From Pristiophorus japonicus (lineage: Eukaryota): a stretch of DNA of 64,000 nt. The translations under genes were made by a program, and so were the position numbers. The stretch is from positions 145,824,001 through 145,888,000 of the forward strand of contig NC_091985.1 in the NCBI RefSeq assembly GCF_044704955.1, written 5' to 3'. Position 1 is the first letter of the stretch, and every line of letters starts with the position of its first letter. A model generated the notes under the pieces. It had not been told where the DNA came from and searched no databases. It was given only the letters and a program-made list of their open reading frames with translations. Below, piece by piece: positions 35,001 through 50,176 of this stretch.

Positions 35001-38000
35001 CTGTGGTTGGGGAAGTGGAGGAAACAAAAAATAAAAGTTGAAGAGTTGAGCTCCAAGCTTGCCTCTTTTTTTTTCTAGAGTAAAAACAAAATTTGTCTCC
35101 ATACTAAATTGCATTTAAATTACAACATTGCAAGTTATAAATCAAGTAGACTGGAAACGAATTGCAGACCCAAATCTTTGAATTGTAAATCTCTATTTAA
35201 CCTTAATTACCAGACCCGGAGGGATTAAAACTTGCTGCAGACAAAATGATTCCTGTGTAATCGCCCCTGCAATCCCATCAACAGGAATAATCCCTCAACT
35301 CGCATCAGTCCCCAGGCAGACTGGCTGAGCAAGGTATAAATCAAGTGCAAAATGGAGACCTTCGTACAACTTTATAAATCAAGTGCAAAATGGAGACCTT
35401 CGTACAACTTTAATTTATCTGAAACCGGGTTTTGATCAGAACGACACGGGTCACAAACAAAGCAGGAATTACCTGAGTGAGACGCAGGCACTGAATTTTC
35501 GGTGTTACCCCATAGACTGACACGAGTGCCTTTTCAATGTCCTCCACCTAAATGTGAGAATGTTAGTGAGAATTATAGCAAAGCAGAGCAGAAAAACAAG
35601 GTGTTCAAAAGGACAAATAGCAGCAGGTTCTTACCATATAATAGTTGGTCGATGGCAATATACCAGACTTCTGAAGAACACTGAATAAAGTTTAAAAGAA
35701 AAGTCAATCACTGGGAAGTAAATTCCTGAATTAAAATAAATATCCAAGTCTTGCAGTGAAACATTAGAACAGCGACTGACAGATTTACTCTGCTCATTAA
35801 TAGAAGGACTGAGCACGTGTCGACCTCTTCAATTTATGTATTCGCGTGCAGGAAGCAAGGAGACAGAACAAGGGACTGGGAAATGGGTTAAAAACCCAGA
35901 CACTTTGGTTTGGGAGGTAAGAAGAGAGCACACAAATAGAACCCTCAAAGCCTCCTGAATAAAGTTTAACAACCCTACCAACATCTGGAATCCCTGGCCA
36001 GCGACCACCCTAAGCAGAAGAAGAGCACCCAGGAGGACACTGAGCACCTTGAGTCTCGTCACTGAGAGCATGCGGAAACCAAGCGCAGACAGCGGTTCCC
36101 ACACCCACCCTTTCCTTCAACCACAGTCTGCACCACCGGTTACAGAGACTGTAATTCCCACATTGGACTGTACAGCCACCTGAGAACTCACTTAGAGTGG
36201 AAGCAAGTCTTCCTCGACTTTGAGGGACTGCCTATAATGATGATTGAGAACAAAAGCAGTGTTAGCTTGTCCTCTGTTAGTTTGCCCTCAGCTTTAGACA
36301 TATTCGAGGACTTTGGCAAAGAATCTATCCAAATTTCTGCCCAGAAGAGCCAAGTTATTCCGTTCAGGGCTGCTTCGATGAGAAGGGTTTGGGTACAGTC
36401 TGAAATCTATGAAAAGGAGGGAAGATGGATTACCTGTTCAGGTCCAGCTGGTGATACAGTTCCAGTGCTTTACTGAAATACTTGTCCTGGGTGTCCAAGG
36501 ATTCCAGCGTAGCCGCACAGGTTCCATGTTTCATCCACTCGTGCTTCCTGCACAGAAAAGAACGAGACCCAAAATGTCAGGTAGAAGTAGCAAGTGGAAA
36601 CTGCCCCTCTCATCCGTACAGGCCGACAGATGCCAGGTTTCACCGAGTTGCCGAGAGGTTTTCTTATACATCCAATGTTATCAGTTTGCTTCAAGGTCTG
36701 ACTCCATGGCTACTTCTCCTCCTTTAAGACCCCCCCTTAAACCCCACCTCTTTGACCTGGCTTCTGGTCACCCTTCCTAATATCTCCACCTTCAGTTTGG
36801 CATCCATTTTTGTCTGATTACACCTCTGTGAAGCCACTTGGGTTTTTTTTCTGATTTTGAAGTTAAAGGCCCAGTATAAATGCAAATAGACTTTGTTACC
36901 AAGCCCATAAGGTCATTCTCCACAAGTGAGCCCAGACAGAAATGGCTATTCAACTGTGTGAGGTGGCAGCAAACTGAATTCTCTCTTGACCAGAGAGCAG
37001 GGGGGCTGCAATAGTGACCAGGAGCAGGAACCCTGGCCAATTCCCTCTTTGGAGCCTGCAGCACTGAAGGCAAATAGAATGCCTGTATTAATGCCATGGC
37101 TGAGTAGTGCCAACTCAGCACAGGTGGGGGATCAACACAAGGGCCTTTCTGATCTGTACGGCTCAGTAGCACTCGAGTTGGTATAACTCCCCTCTCAGGG
37201 AGCAGGGGTACATTTGCATTAACTTCGAGCATGCCCTCTACTTACTCAGCATTGGCCCAAACTAATCTACCTCCTGCAGTCAAAACCAAGGAGGAATATT
37301 CATTCTTACTGTGGCTTTACTAGCTCTAGATTACTAAATGACAGCCCACAAGATGGGCTGAATACAGGCACAAAGGATAGCAAGGCTGTAACCAAGGAGG
37401 CCTGCGGGATGTTACAAAGAATGAGCCTTCCAGTTAGGACCAGATGAGAAGCTAGGGATTTTCTGGTGAAGCCGAGAAGGTTAGGGAAGACCAGATGAAA
37501 GAGATTTCGATAAGATAAACAGTGAGACTTTTTCCCCCCCAATGACTCGAGACAATAACGAGAGGGCACAAATTTAATATGATCTCAAGAATGTGAGGTG
37601 GTTAGAAAAAATATTCTTTCCACGGAGAGGGGTTAGAATATGGGATTCTCTGCCACAAACTGTTGTTGAACGAGTCTAGAAATTCGTTTAAATAAAAAAG
37701 GAATTAAGATAGTCGCTGGAAAACAAAGAATAGTAAACGGGTACGGGGACCAGCTGGAGTGTAGGGTCAGACTGGGTGGGTCATGGAGCAAAACTCCAGC
37801 ACAGACTCTATGGGTGGAATGACCAGTTTCTGTTCTATGCCATTGTAAGAGAAGCAATAGAGCAGATCCTTGGCTCCTGGCTGCTCCCTATGTTTCAGCA
37901 GAGATGGTCTCACGTACACTTGCTGTCGAATGGGGAGATGACACTGACTAGGCCCTTGATTCGGAGTTTGACTGTGCAAGACTTCACGTGGGTACTTGTC

Positions 38001-41000
38001 TGGGGCTTAGGGCTAAATGCGCTGCAGGGAATCCACGAACCACAGACGCCTCGAGACACTTGCACTTTGCTTATCTTTTGGATGAGCAAATTAATTAATC
38101 GTTCGTAGAGGGATAGATTAGAATCAAGCTGACCAGGGGCCTTGGTTTAACTTCTCATTTGAAAGACGGCACGTCTGACAGTGCAGCACTGCATTGGAGT
38201 GTCAGCCTGCATTGTGTGCTCAAGTCCTTGGAATGGGACTTGTGCACAGAACAGAAGACAGCTGTGAGCAACGAGTGTTAAACGTCCACCCAAGTGTCCC
38301 ATTTTCTTACTGATTGTGTTGAATAACAGAACATTAACACAAAGACAAACCAGAGCATAGTAGTGTTGGGATGGATCACATCAGGCCACCAGTGCTCCAA
38401 TTCAGATAAAATGTCCTGCAGATAAATAGAAATGTCAGAAGCTGTAACCAGCAACATTACTCTTCAGTCTGTCTACGTATCGAGAGCTATAGTGGAACAG
38501 ACTCAGACACAGAATACCAACGGTGGGGCTTTAATCTTATATATTCTACCCATCACTAACCCACACTGCATCCTCTAATTTAAAATGGCTCAGCACTCAC
38601 ACTCCATGGGTTTTCAAGGCCAGATTGCCATGGTCAGGAGGCCAGAGTTTGGATTCCCTGCCCTGCGGAGACCCAGTCTAACTGAACATACAATGTAGCT
38701 GCTCACCTCTAATCAATGAAATCTGAAGTTTTCACTGTACCCAGAGCTCAAAGAAATCCCAAGTCAACCATTTGCACACCAAACAGATTGGGAACAAAGC
38801 AGTCACAGCAGGTATACTTTATTTAAGTTTCAAGTTAGCATTCACGATCAATGATACATTCACACATGTTTAGCGTCAGTGAGAAGCGTTTTCACCTGGG
38901 GTGTAAAGTCAAGCGTTCGGGACTGAACTGACCCCAAAGGGCAGGAGAGTGAGACTAACTCCTCCAGGTGCTCTCACTCTACTTTACTCTGTCATCAGGT
39001 CAGACCTGGAGTCCGGATTCAGGCTACAGGTAACCTCATAACTGCGGTCAAAGCAAAACCCCTTCCACCCAACATAAGAAATAGGAGCAGGAGTAGGCAA
39101 TTTGGTCCCTCAAGCCTGCTCTGCCATTCAATAAGATCATGGCTGATCAGATCCTGGCCTCAACTCCACTTCCCCGCCCGCTCCCCATAACCCTTGACTT
39201 CCTGTCTATCTCTACCTTAAATATATTCAATGACCACAGCTCTCTGGGTGGAGAATTCCAAAGATTCACAACCCTCAGAGAAGAAATTCCTCCTCATTTC
39301 TGTCTTAATTCTGAAACTATGCCTTCTTCATACTACAGCAGAGTGTGAATCCAGCCTTAAAACTAATAATGATACAGCACAATTTCCTTTTAATATTATA
39401 GCTAGACAGCTCATTCCGCACATTCCCAATCCATTAGTGCTGGTAATTAATTAGAATCCAGCACATGTAAATATCAGAGTCCTTTAAGTATTCCATGTAA
39501 TGATAAAGTGATAGACGGAACATTAAATGTATTTCAATCAAAAGATAAAACCTAGCTTATTATATCAAATTACACATCATATTGATTCAAAATAGCAAAT
39601 GCCATCTCGCTTTAGTAAATGTACCGAGGGCCCCCACTGCATCAACCCCAATGTAGATAAAGCTAAATACCCACCTTGACATTTCGGACGTCGAAATGCC
39701 AGGAACGATTGCACATCATATTGTGTTTGGGCCTATTTTTAAAAAATTTATTTTTAAAATCAAGATAATCATGAAATAAAAACAGGAAATAAAGACAACA
39801 CATTACCTCTGAGGAGTAGGTCAACATTCCACCCTCATCAAAGGACTTTATTTATTTTTAAGTTTTTAAAAGTTTGGATTTCCAGCATTCAGGAAGGAGA
39901 GAGAGAGAAAAAAAAAATCAGCAAAAGAAAATGGCGAGCGAATGGGAGAAGGGGAAGAAACAGATAAAGTATGGAACAACATTAATATTGCATTTTTGTC
40001 TCATCTCTGAAAAACATCCCAAAACATTTCACAGACAATAAATTACTTTCAGTTCTTGATATTTAGGTAAACGGGGCAAATTTGACTGCTGTTCCCAATT
40101 AAAAAGACCATCTCAAGGGCTGATAGTCTGCAAGACGGAAGTCCCAAGCAGACAATCCCGCTTCTCCCATCTGGATCGAAGTTGCTGTTAATTGAAAACT
40201 TAGTACTTTTTCAGGTTAAGGGAACGTGTGGAATTTTCAGACCCAAACTGCTGTTGTTATAGGGAGGAAATGTTATTTTGATTCCGATTGCAATTCTGCA
40301 AAGTATTTAATTTCTTGTTTAGTTGGATTTTGATGCAGTGTCACTATTTTGAGTAGATAATTGCACAAGTTGTTGCTTGGAATATCACTAAGTTTCTCTA
40401 AAGGGTGCAGCCGAGCACAGAGTGATCAACAAATGACATTTGGTGGAATAAAGCAAACTGATGAGCCCACTGTAAGTACATTTAAGGAAGAGGTTTTCAA
40501 AAACTTCTCAGGATGCGAGTAAGGCAGTGTTTATAGCACATCGAGTTGATCAAGTGATTCATTGTGCAATCAAATGGCTTGTGAGGCCACTTCAGAAAGT
40601 TAACCAAATAACATGGGACTGGAGTCAATCATCTTCCCTCCATCACGAGGTCAGAATGGGGATGTTTGTTGATGACTGCACAGTGTTCAGTGCCATTCGC
40701 AACTCCTCAGATAATGAAGCCGCCCGTGACCACATGCAGCAAGACCTGGACAACATTCAGGCTTTGGCTGATAACTGGCAAGTAACATTCAAGTGCTAGG
40801 GGCAATGACCATCTCCAAGAGAGAGTGTCTAACCACGGTCCCTCGACTTTCACCGACATTACCATCACCGAATCTCCCACCATCAACATCCTGGGGGGGA
40901 GGTGGTCACCATTGACCAAGATCTTAACTGGACCAGCCATCTAAATAGTGTGGCAACAAGAGCAGGTCAGAGGCTGGGTATTCTGTGGCGAGTGACTCAC

Positions 41001-44000
41001 CTCCTGACTCCCCAAAGCCTTTCCACCATCTACAAGGCACAAGTCAGGAGTGCGATGGAATACTCTCCACTTGCCTGGATGAGTGCAGCTCCAACAACAA
41101 GCTCAACATCATCCAGGACAAGCAGCCTGCTTGATCGATACCCCATCCACCATCTTAAACATTCACTCCCTCCACCACCGGCGCAACGTGACTGCAGTGT
41201 GTACCTTCTACAAGATGCACTGCAGCAACTCGCCATGCATTTTTTGACAACTCCTCCCAAACCTGCAACCTCTACCACCTCGAAGGACAAGGGCAGCAGG
41301 TGCATGGGAACACCACCACCTCCAAGTTCCCCTCCAAGTCTCACACCATCCTGACTTGGAAATAGATCGCCGTTCCTTCATTATCGCTGGGTCAAAATCC
41401 TGGAACTCCCTCCCCAACAGCTCTGTGGGAGCACCTTTACCACACGGACTGCAGCGGTTCAAGATGGTGGCTCACCACCATCTTCTTGAGGGCCAATAAA
41501 TGCTGGGTGACACCCACAGGAATAAATTTTATTTTAAGTCACAGGCAGGCCCACACCCGATAAGGACAGCAGGTTCGCTTCCCTGAAGAATATTACTGAC
41601 CCAACTGGGTTTTTAAACGACACTCCATTCGGTTTTCGTGCTCATTTATTTTCAGTGTCACCAACAAATGATTAGATTTACTGAATTTAATTTCCTGAAC
41701 TTGAAATCAACCTTGAAGAGACCAGAATGAGCCTTGGGGCCCATAACCTGTGAATGGTTGAGTGTGGCATTTGACCAAGTGAAAACCGATGAATCTTTGT
41801 GGCAAAGAGCAAGATTTTTAGAAATGATCACTTTAGATTTGGTTGAGCTGGTTCCTGGCCAAATACAGCTGCAAAAATGTCCCTGATTCACAGCATGTAA
41901 TGAAACATCAGGGGAACCAGAGGCATTCCAACTTAACTCTGTTCTAAACATTAGTAACTACACAACACCACATTGGGCAAATGGTTGGAGATTTAAAGCA
42001 AATGTAAAGTAGTTGGTAACAACTCAGGCCGGGCAGTAGTATATAGAGGCGCCAACCAACATGGAAAAAAACACAGGCCTATATGTAGTCATTCTCAAGT
42101 GTCAACTTGGCGCCATTGGTACCACTCTTACCGTGGGCGTCAGAAGGATGTTCAACCCCCACTCCAGGATTTGAGCTCATAATCTGACACTAGGGGGTCA
42201 AAATTCGGTTGTCAACGCCACCAGTTACCACTGGAGAGGGGCAGCTAATGAGCAGCTAATTGCTTACCCGTCAGCGGGGAGCGGGTTCCTCGGCTCACGG
42301 CAAATTTGGTTGGGTGGCGCAAAGAGGTACCGCTGCACGCTCTGCCACCACCACGTGGTGACGACATAGAGCGTGCAACGCCCCCTTGGCACCGCGGCTG
42401 CGAAATTTGGTTGATACGGTGGCCTTGTCGGCAGGCGTTTGTGCAGCCTGGAAAAGCTGTCGGTACATCAGGGATCCCGGGGCGGTAGCGTCCAGACATC
42501 AAGGTAAGTTGTTATCTTTAATTTTTTTCAGCATTTATATATTAATGGCACAGTGGAGAAGTGTGGGTGTGAGTTTGATACATTTTCAGAAGCTTTTCCC
42601 CCCCCAGTTTTTCCAAACTCACGTGCTGGAAGCCGACCGTGGGGAAATTCAGTCGGCCTCCTGAGATGCCGCTCTGATGGTGCCTGAGGATGAGTGTACA
42701 ACACCACTTTTAGTGCTGCTCTCTCAGCTTTGGGTGGATAAACTGAATTTGGCAGTTTGAGGTGGTGATTACCGCCTGGCGGTAAATTTGCCCTCCAGGC
42801 GATGTCACCACCTCAAAAACGGCAGAACCGAATATCGACCCCGAGCAGTTTTGAGAGTGTACGGCACTGTTGGAGGCACCATTTCCAGATGGGATGTCGA
42901 GGCCTCGCCTACCTTTTCAGGAAGATATAAACAATCCCATGGCATTATTCAAAGAAGAACAAGTGAGCTCTTCCAGAATCCCGGTCAACATTCCTCCCTC
43001 AACCAACAGCACCAAAATACAGATTCTCTGCTCGATCATCTCATTCGCTGTTTGTGTGATCTTGCTGTGTGCCAACTGGCCTACAAATCAACAGTGACTG
43101 CACTTCACATGTCAATCATTGGCTGGGAAGTGCTTTGAGATGCGATAAGACACCACATAGACAGTGCACAAGCAATCACGCTATTCATATCAGACCATGA
43201 ATGAAAGTATCTGCTTACCAGAGTCCGTGAACAGTCCAGTAGTTAGGAAGAACTTTGCAAGTGTGATTCCACAGCTGCGAGAGGCAAGAGACGTAATTAC
43301 CTTTCACAAAGTTTACGGCCAGTTCAAAGTCTGCTCCAATGTGAAGTTCCATCTCTGGATGACTGATGTTATCATGCACTAGATGTCCATTTACACAATA
43401 AAAACACAAACATGACAACCCCCTAACAGTATTGGAGCTTCCCAGACAGGGAACTACTCAACCTGGGCATCAGCCTGTTGGCACACAGCTGCCTGCAATC
43501 CAAACTGTTATCTTGTCCTGGCAGAAGGCGCTCCTTATTCTGGAGAAAGACCATGCGAGTGGGAAAGATATTAAGATGATAGCACCTTTACTTTGCCCAA
43601 GGTCACTCAGCCAAACAGCCCTTAAAAATGTTAAGAGTTCAGAGCCAATCACTGGCCTCATTTCCTGGTTCACATCTGAACAATTGGAATTATTCAAACA
43701 AACTCCCCTTTGCAATTCCCTTTCCCAAGTCACTCTGCTTGGTCACCTCCCTCCCTGCTGTCAAAAGTTTCCTTCGAACAAGTCTTAGATCATGCTTTCT
43801 CCCCACACCTGTTTCTCTCTCTCTCAATTCCCAGCTCGGTGTCCATCTTTTTTCTTCCCTCCACTCTGTACACTTGATCAGGTTCTGCCCGAAGATCGCC
43901 ATGGGTCATTTAAACCTCTACAAAGTAGCCCAAAAGAAAACCGCAAAGACCGTTTTATTGTGCTTTGTTATGTTCCATTCACAAATAAGAGATTCCCTCA

Positions 44001-47000
44001 GCAATTTTCTCTGGCGTTCTCGCCACTGACTGTATTGACTCCTTCAGTTCCAAGGGTGCCGACTGACGGCTAGTACCTCAGTAGAACGCCCAGGCAGCTC
44101 AATAGTCGGGGGCGAACCTTGGCGGCAAGCGGCAGTAGACTATATGACTATGGGGGAAATGGCAGGCTGCTCGCACCACTTCAGGCAGGAGTCACTGGGC
44201 AGCGATCTGGAGCATGAACGGAAGCCAATGCCCCCTCCCCTAACCCAGAGGCACCGAAACCAACTAAGGGATTGAACCCAGGGCACTCATGGGCCGTATG
44301 CCTCAGCTATTCACTGAATAAAGTCACTGAGCTGAAGTTACATCCATTTTGTTTTCAATATTTTCATTTGAGGCAGTAAATACTGGGACAGGCTTGAAGT
44401 GAGTCACTGAGCTCCAATATGAGGAAGCTGATTCAATGGGTGATTCAGTGTCAAACTGCAGTTAATAATTCAGCTGATTCACACTTTTGCAACCAATTGA
44501 TTGAAATTGATCAAGAAAACTAAACAACTAAAAAAAGTGACCAAAGTGGATAGATTAAAACAAAAGCGGTTTATAGGTCTCTTTAAATTTCAGTCCAAGT
44601 ACACATCAGGAAAAGTATAAACCATCAACCCCACAACACTAACAGATGCAGACTCACCAAACACACAGTCCAAGGCCAGTGATGAGACAAACTGAGGGTG
44701 TGCCATGGGTGTTTCGTACTACGAGAGAACAGACACTTAATTAGCACTTGTTTTCAATGCTTAATGCGCCACAATTCAACTTTATCGGAGGTTTGGACCC
44801 CCCCTGAACATAATTTACACAAGTAGCAGCCTGAGTGGCTCAGTGAGTGAGAAACACCACTAGGTTAGTAATGGACTGTGCAAATCAGATGACCCCAGCT
44901 TGAATCCCTGGTCTATGTGGAGTTGGCCAAACTTAGCCCAGAGGGGATGGGGAAACCCGGGGTGCTCAACTGATCATCCTGAATGTGGGAGATGAAGAGA
45001 GGGGGAAAATTCAACTGGGGTTTCTGTTCCTGATCACTGTTCAGCAACACGTGCTGGAAGCTGAATCTGTGTGTGGACAGGATCAGGGTCAAGTGTGCGG
45101 CCCCCACAGCGGAATAGCCAGCTGCCACTTACCATCGAGGGTCATAACTCAAGATTGGATGGCTATCAGAGGGTGGCTGGCACTCAGGGAATCGTACCCC
45201 AAAACACAGAGTTCCTGTCTTCAGGAAAGGAGAAGTGAAGGAAGGGTGAGGGAAATATAAATAACTAGTTTTTTTTTAATGAAATGTTTTTGACGTCACA
45301 TAATACATTGAAATTGCAACACGGAAACAGGCCGTTCGGTACAACCAGTCTGTGCTGGTATTTATCCCTCACACAAAAAGTAATCCTAGTCCCATGTACC
45401 CGCCCTATTCCCATATCCCTTTATTTCCCCTTTTCCACCCTTCTAACCCATTCTTAAATGTTAACATGGTCTCTGCTTCAATCACTAACTCCGGTAATAC
45501 ATTCTACAGCCTCTGTGCAAAAATATTTCTCCTGCTCTCTGTCCTGTATCTCTTACGTTTAATCATATACCTACACCCGATCTTGTTTAAGTGCTCATCA
45601 GCAAAGAAGCCCAATTACTGCACTGAAACTCCTGTCACTTTTCAACTGACCAGAAACGGTTTGCAAGCCGCACTATTTATTGCTGCTGCTAGACTGATTA
45701 GTAAAGTGTTTCAAGATTTGGCTCCCAATTTTGAATTGTGAGGTGATGTTTTTTTTTTTGAAATTCGTAGCCAATCGTTCCAATTCTTTGTCAAATCACA
45801 AACGCCAGAGGTCACCTTGCACACGCCAAGGATCACTCTGCGCCAATGCTCTTAGCCAAAAGGCCTAGAGCCACTGCACCGTTCCTGGAAGTACTGCAAT
45901 ACCAGGTTCGTGCCATGGAGGTGGATGGGTCAGGTCCCCCACCCACCTCCTGTTTCCAAAAAAACAAGCATATACCTTCCTGATCCAGGGAGAACAACCT
46001 TGGGGTTATGGTGGTTACTCCCGTCAGGTCAGTTACGCATGATCTTAGCCAAAAGGCCGAGAAGCGAAATTGAAAAGTACAACAACGGTCGTACACAACG
46101 GTACCTGAGAAGTTCTAAACTCCGCACACAGCAGCTGAAGCGAAGGCACAGGCTCGTTTACAAAGTGATTCGCACAGCTCAAAATATTCACCAGCTGTGA
46201 CTCAAAGCAAAAGCAAAGAACATTAAGCTGTAGGGCTACGAACCTGAGGATGTGCTTTCAAAATACAGATTGCGAAACGACAGAAACAAGATACTTGGAG
46301 GGAAACTAATGGGCAGACAGTGGGTTTTAAATAATTCATAGAATTGTACAACAGAGGAGGCCATTCGGCCCATCATGCCTGTGCCAGCTCTTTGAAAGAG
46401 CTATCCACTCCCCCACTCTTTCCCCACAGCCCTGCAATTTTTTTCCTTTTCAAGTATTTATCCAATTCCCTTTCGAAAGTTACTATTGAATCTGCTTCCA
46501 CCACTCTTTCAGGCAGTGCGTCCCAGATCATAACTCGTGTAAAAAAAAGCCTCCTCATCTCCCCCCTGGTTCTTGTCCTATTATATTAAATCCGTGACCT
46601 CCGGTTACTGACCCTGCTGCCAGTGGAAACATTTTCTCCCCATCGACTATCAAAATCCTTCAATATTTTGAACACCTCTATTAAATTCCCCTTACCCTTC
46701 TCTGCTCTGAGGAGAACAATACCAGCTTCTTTACTCCCTCATCCCTGGCATCATTCTAGTAAATGTCTTCTGCACTCTCTCCAAGGCCTTGACATCATTC
46801 CTGAAGTGTGATGCCCAGAATTAGACATGACACTCCAGCTGTGGCCGAACTAGTGTTTTATAACGGTTTAGCATAACGTTTTTGCTTTGTACTCTATGCC
46901 TCTTTATAAGAACATACATAAGAAATAGGAGCAGGAGTAGGCCATTTGCCCCCTCAAACCTACTCCACCATTCACTGAGATCACGGCTGATTTTCTACCT

Positions 47001-50000
47001 CAACTCCACTTTCCCGCACTATCCCCATATCCCTCGATTACCTTAATATCCAAAAATCTATCGATCTCTGTCTTGAATATGCTCAACAACTGAGCCTCCA
47101 CAGCCCTCTGGGATTGAGAATTCCAAAGATTCACCACCCTCTGACTGAAGAAGTTTCTCCTCATCTCAGTCCTAAATGGCCGACCCCTTATTCTGAGACT
47201 GTGAGCCCTGGTTCTAGACTCCCCAGCCAGGGAAACTTCCTTCCTGCATCTACCCTGTCAAGCCCTGTAAGAATTTTGTATGTTTCAATGTGATCACCTC
47301 TCATTCTTCTGAACTCCAGAGAATATAGGCCTACTCATAGGACAATCCCCCTCCTCTCAGGAACCAGACTGGTGAACCTTCGTTGCACTCCCTCTATGGC
47401 AAGTATATCCTGCCTGAGGTAAGGAGACCAAAACTGTACACAATAATCCAGGTGTGGTTTCACCAGGGCCCTATATAATTGCAGTAAGACATATTTACCC
47501 TTATACTCAAATCCTCTTGTAACAAAGGCCAACATACATGCTTTCTTAATTGCTTGCTGTACCTGCATGTTAACTTTCAGTGATTTGTGTACAAGGTCAG
47601 CCAGGTCCCTCTGAACACCAACATTTCCCAATCTCTCACCATTTAAAAAATACTCTGCTTTTCTATTTTTCCTACCAAAGTGGCTAACTTCACATTTCTC
47701 CACATTATATTCCATTTGCCATGTTCTTGCCCACTCACTTAGATGTCTATATTCCCTTGAAGCCTCTTTACATCCTCTTCGCAACTTACATTCCCACCTA
47801 GCTTTGTATCATTAGCAAACTTGGATATATTACTTTTGGTCCCCTCATCCAAATCATTGATATATATTGTGAATAGTTGGGACCCAAGCACTGATCCTTG
47901 CGGTACCCCAGCACTGATCCTTGCGGTACCCCACTAGTTACAGTCTGCCAACCTGAAAATGACCCATTTATTCCTACTCTCTGTTTTCTGACCGTTAACC
48001 AATCCTCAACCCATGCTAGTAATCCACGATCCCAATCCCATGAGCCCTAATTTTTTTTTATATCCTCGTATGGCATCTTATCAAATGCCTTCTGAAAATC
48101 CAAATACACCACATCCACTGGTTCCCCCCTTATCTATTCTGCTAGTTACAACCTCAAAAAAACTCCAACAGATTTGCCAAACATAATTTTCCTTTCATAA
48201 ATTGTGTTGACTCTGTCCAATCTTATTATTTTCTAAGTGCCCTGTTACCACATTCTTAATAATAGATTCTAGCATTTTCCCTACTACTGATGTCAAGCTA
48301 ACTGGTCTGTAGTTCCCCGTTTTCTCTCTCCCTCCTTTCTTAAATAGTGGGGTTACATTTGCTACCTTCCAATCTGCGGGAACCGTTCTCGAATCCATGA
48401 AAGTTTGGAAGATGACAACCAATGCATCCACTCTTTCTATATCAACTTCTTTCAAAACCCTGGGATGTAGGCTATCAGGTCCAGGGGATTTATCGGCTTT
48501 CAATCCCATTAATTTCTCCAGCACCATTATTTTACTAATACTAATTTCTTTCAGTTCCTCATTCTCGCTAGACCTTTGGTTCCCCATTATTTTTTAGTTT
48601 TCTTCTGTGACGACAGACACATATTTGTTTAATTTCGCTGCCAGTTCCTTATTCCCCATTATAATTTCTCCTGTCTCAGCCTGTAAGGGACCCACATTTA
48701 CTTTTCACAAATCTTTTCCTTTTTGCATGCCTATAGAAGCTTTTACTGTCTGTTTTTATGTCTCTCGCTAGTTTACTCTCATATTCTATTTTCCCTTTCT
48801 TTATCAATTTCTTGGTGCTCCTTTACTCCTGAAATCCTCATGCTTACTATTTTTGGCAAAATTATAAGCCTCTACCTTTGATCTAATACTATTTTTAACT
48901 TCTCTTGTTAGCCACAGTTGGACCACATTTCCTATGGGGTTTTTGTGCCTTAAAGGAATGTATGTTTGTTGTAAATTATGTATTAATTCTTTAAATGCTA
49001 TCCATTGCTTGTCTACCATCATACCTTTCAATGTAGTTTTCCAATCTACCTTAGCCAACTCGCCTGACATCTACATAGTTTGGTTTGTTTAGATTTAAGA
49101 CCCTAGTTTCGGATTTAACTACATCATCTTCAAACTCAATTTAAAATTCTAACATATTATAGTCACTTTTCCCATGGGCCCCTTTACTACAAGGTTATTA
49201 ATGAACCCTTTCTCATTGCACAATACTAGATCTAAAATAGCCTGTTCCTTATTTGGTTCCTCAACATATTGATCTAGAAACCCATCTTGTATATATTATA
49301 TGAATTCATCCTCTACACTTACTGCAAATTCGGTTTGCACAATCTATATGTAGATTGTATTACCCTTATTACATGCATTTCTAATTTCCTGATTTATACT
49401 CTGCCCTACATTACAACTGCTGTTTGGGAGTCTCTTAACAACTCCCACCAATGTTTTCTGCCCCTTGCTGTTTCTTAGCTCCACCCAAACTGATTCTACT
49501 TCTTGATTTTCTGAGCCAAGATCCTTTCTTTCTACTGTCTTTATCCCATCCTTTACTATCAGGGGTAGCTACCACTCCTCCTTTTCCATTTTGCCTATCT
49601 CTTCTAAATGTTAAGTATCCTGGAATATTTAATTCTCAACCGTGGCCACTTTGCAACCACGTCTCTGTAATGGCCATTAGATCAAACCTATTAATTTCTA
49701 TCTGCGCTATTAATTCATCTGTTTTGTTGTGAATGCTTCGCACATTCAGATATAGTGTCTTTAGCTTTGACTTATTTCTATTTTTCCCTGATGTCACCTT
49801 AGTCACTTGTGCTCTATGACCTTTGTTATTTATCTGTCCCTTCCTGACCCTCTCTGCTTATTTTTACCCAAACATCTACTCTGCTCTAGAGCCTTGTCAT
49901 TTCTCTTGCTGCTTTTAAATGAACTCTTTCCTGAAACCTCCCATCTCCCTTTCATTAGTTATATAAAGCCAATTATCCTGTATGGTTTTACAGCCTTATT

Positions 50001-50136
50001 AACTTGTTCTGCCAACTTCAAAGATTTGTGTACGTAAACCTCCAGGTCTCTCCGTTCCACCACCCCCTTTAAAATTATACCATTTAGTTTATATTGTCAC
50101 AAACTAATTCTAGCAGACGCCTCGAGTTCTTTTCTA

Positions 50137-50176
<40 letters not shown>

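Noticed and set aside
45749-46067. Canonical U2 snRNA gene
   Set aside because: The branch-point recognition region and stem II are replaced, there is an extra tail and poly(A), and no PSE was recognised.
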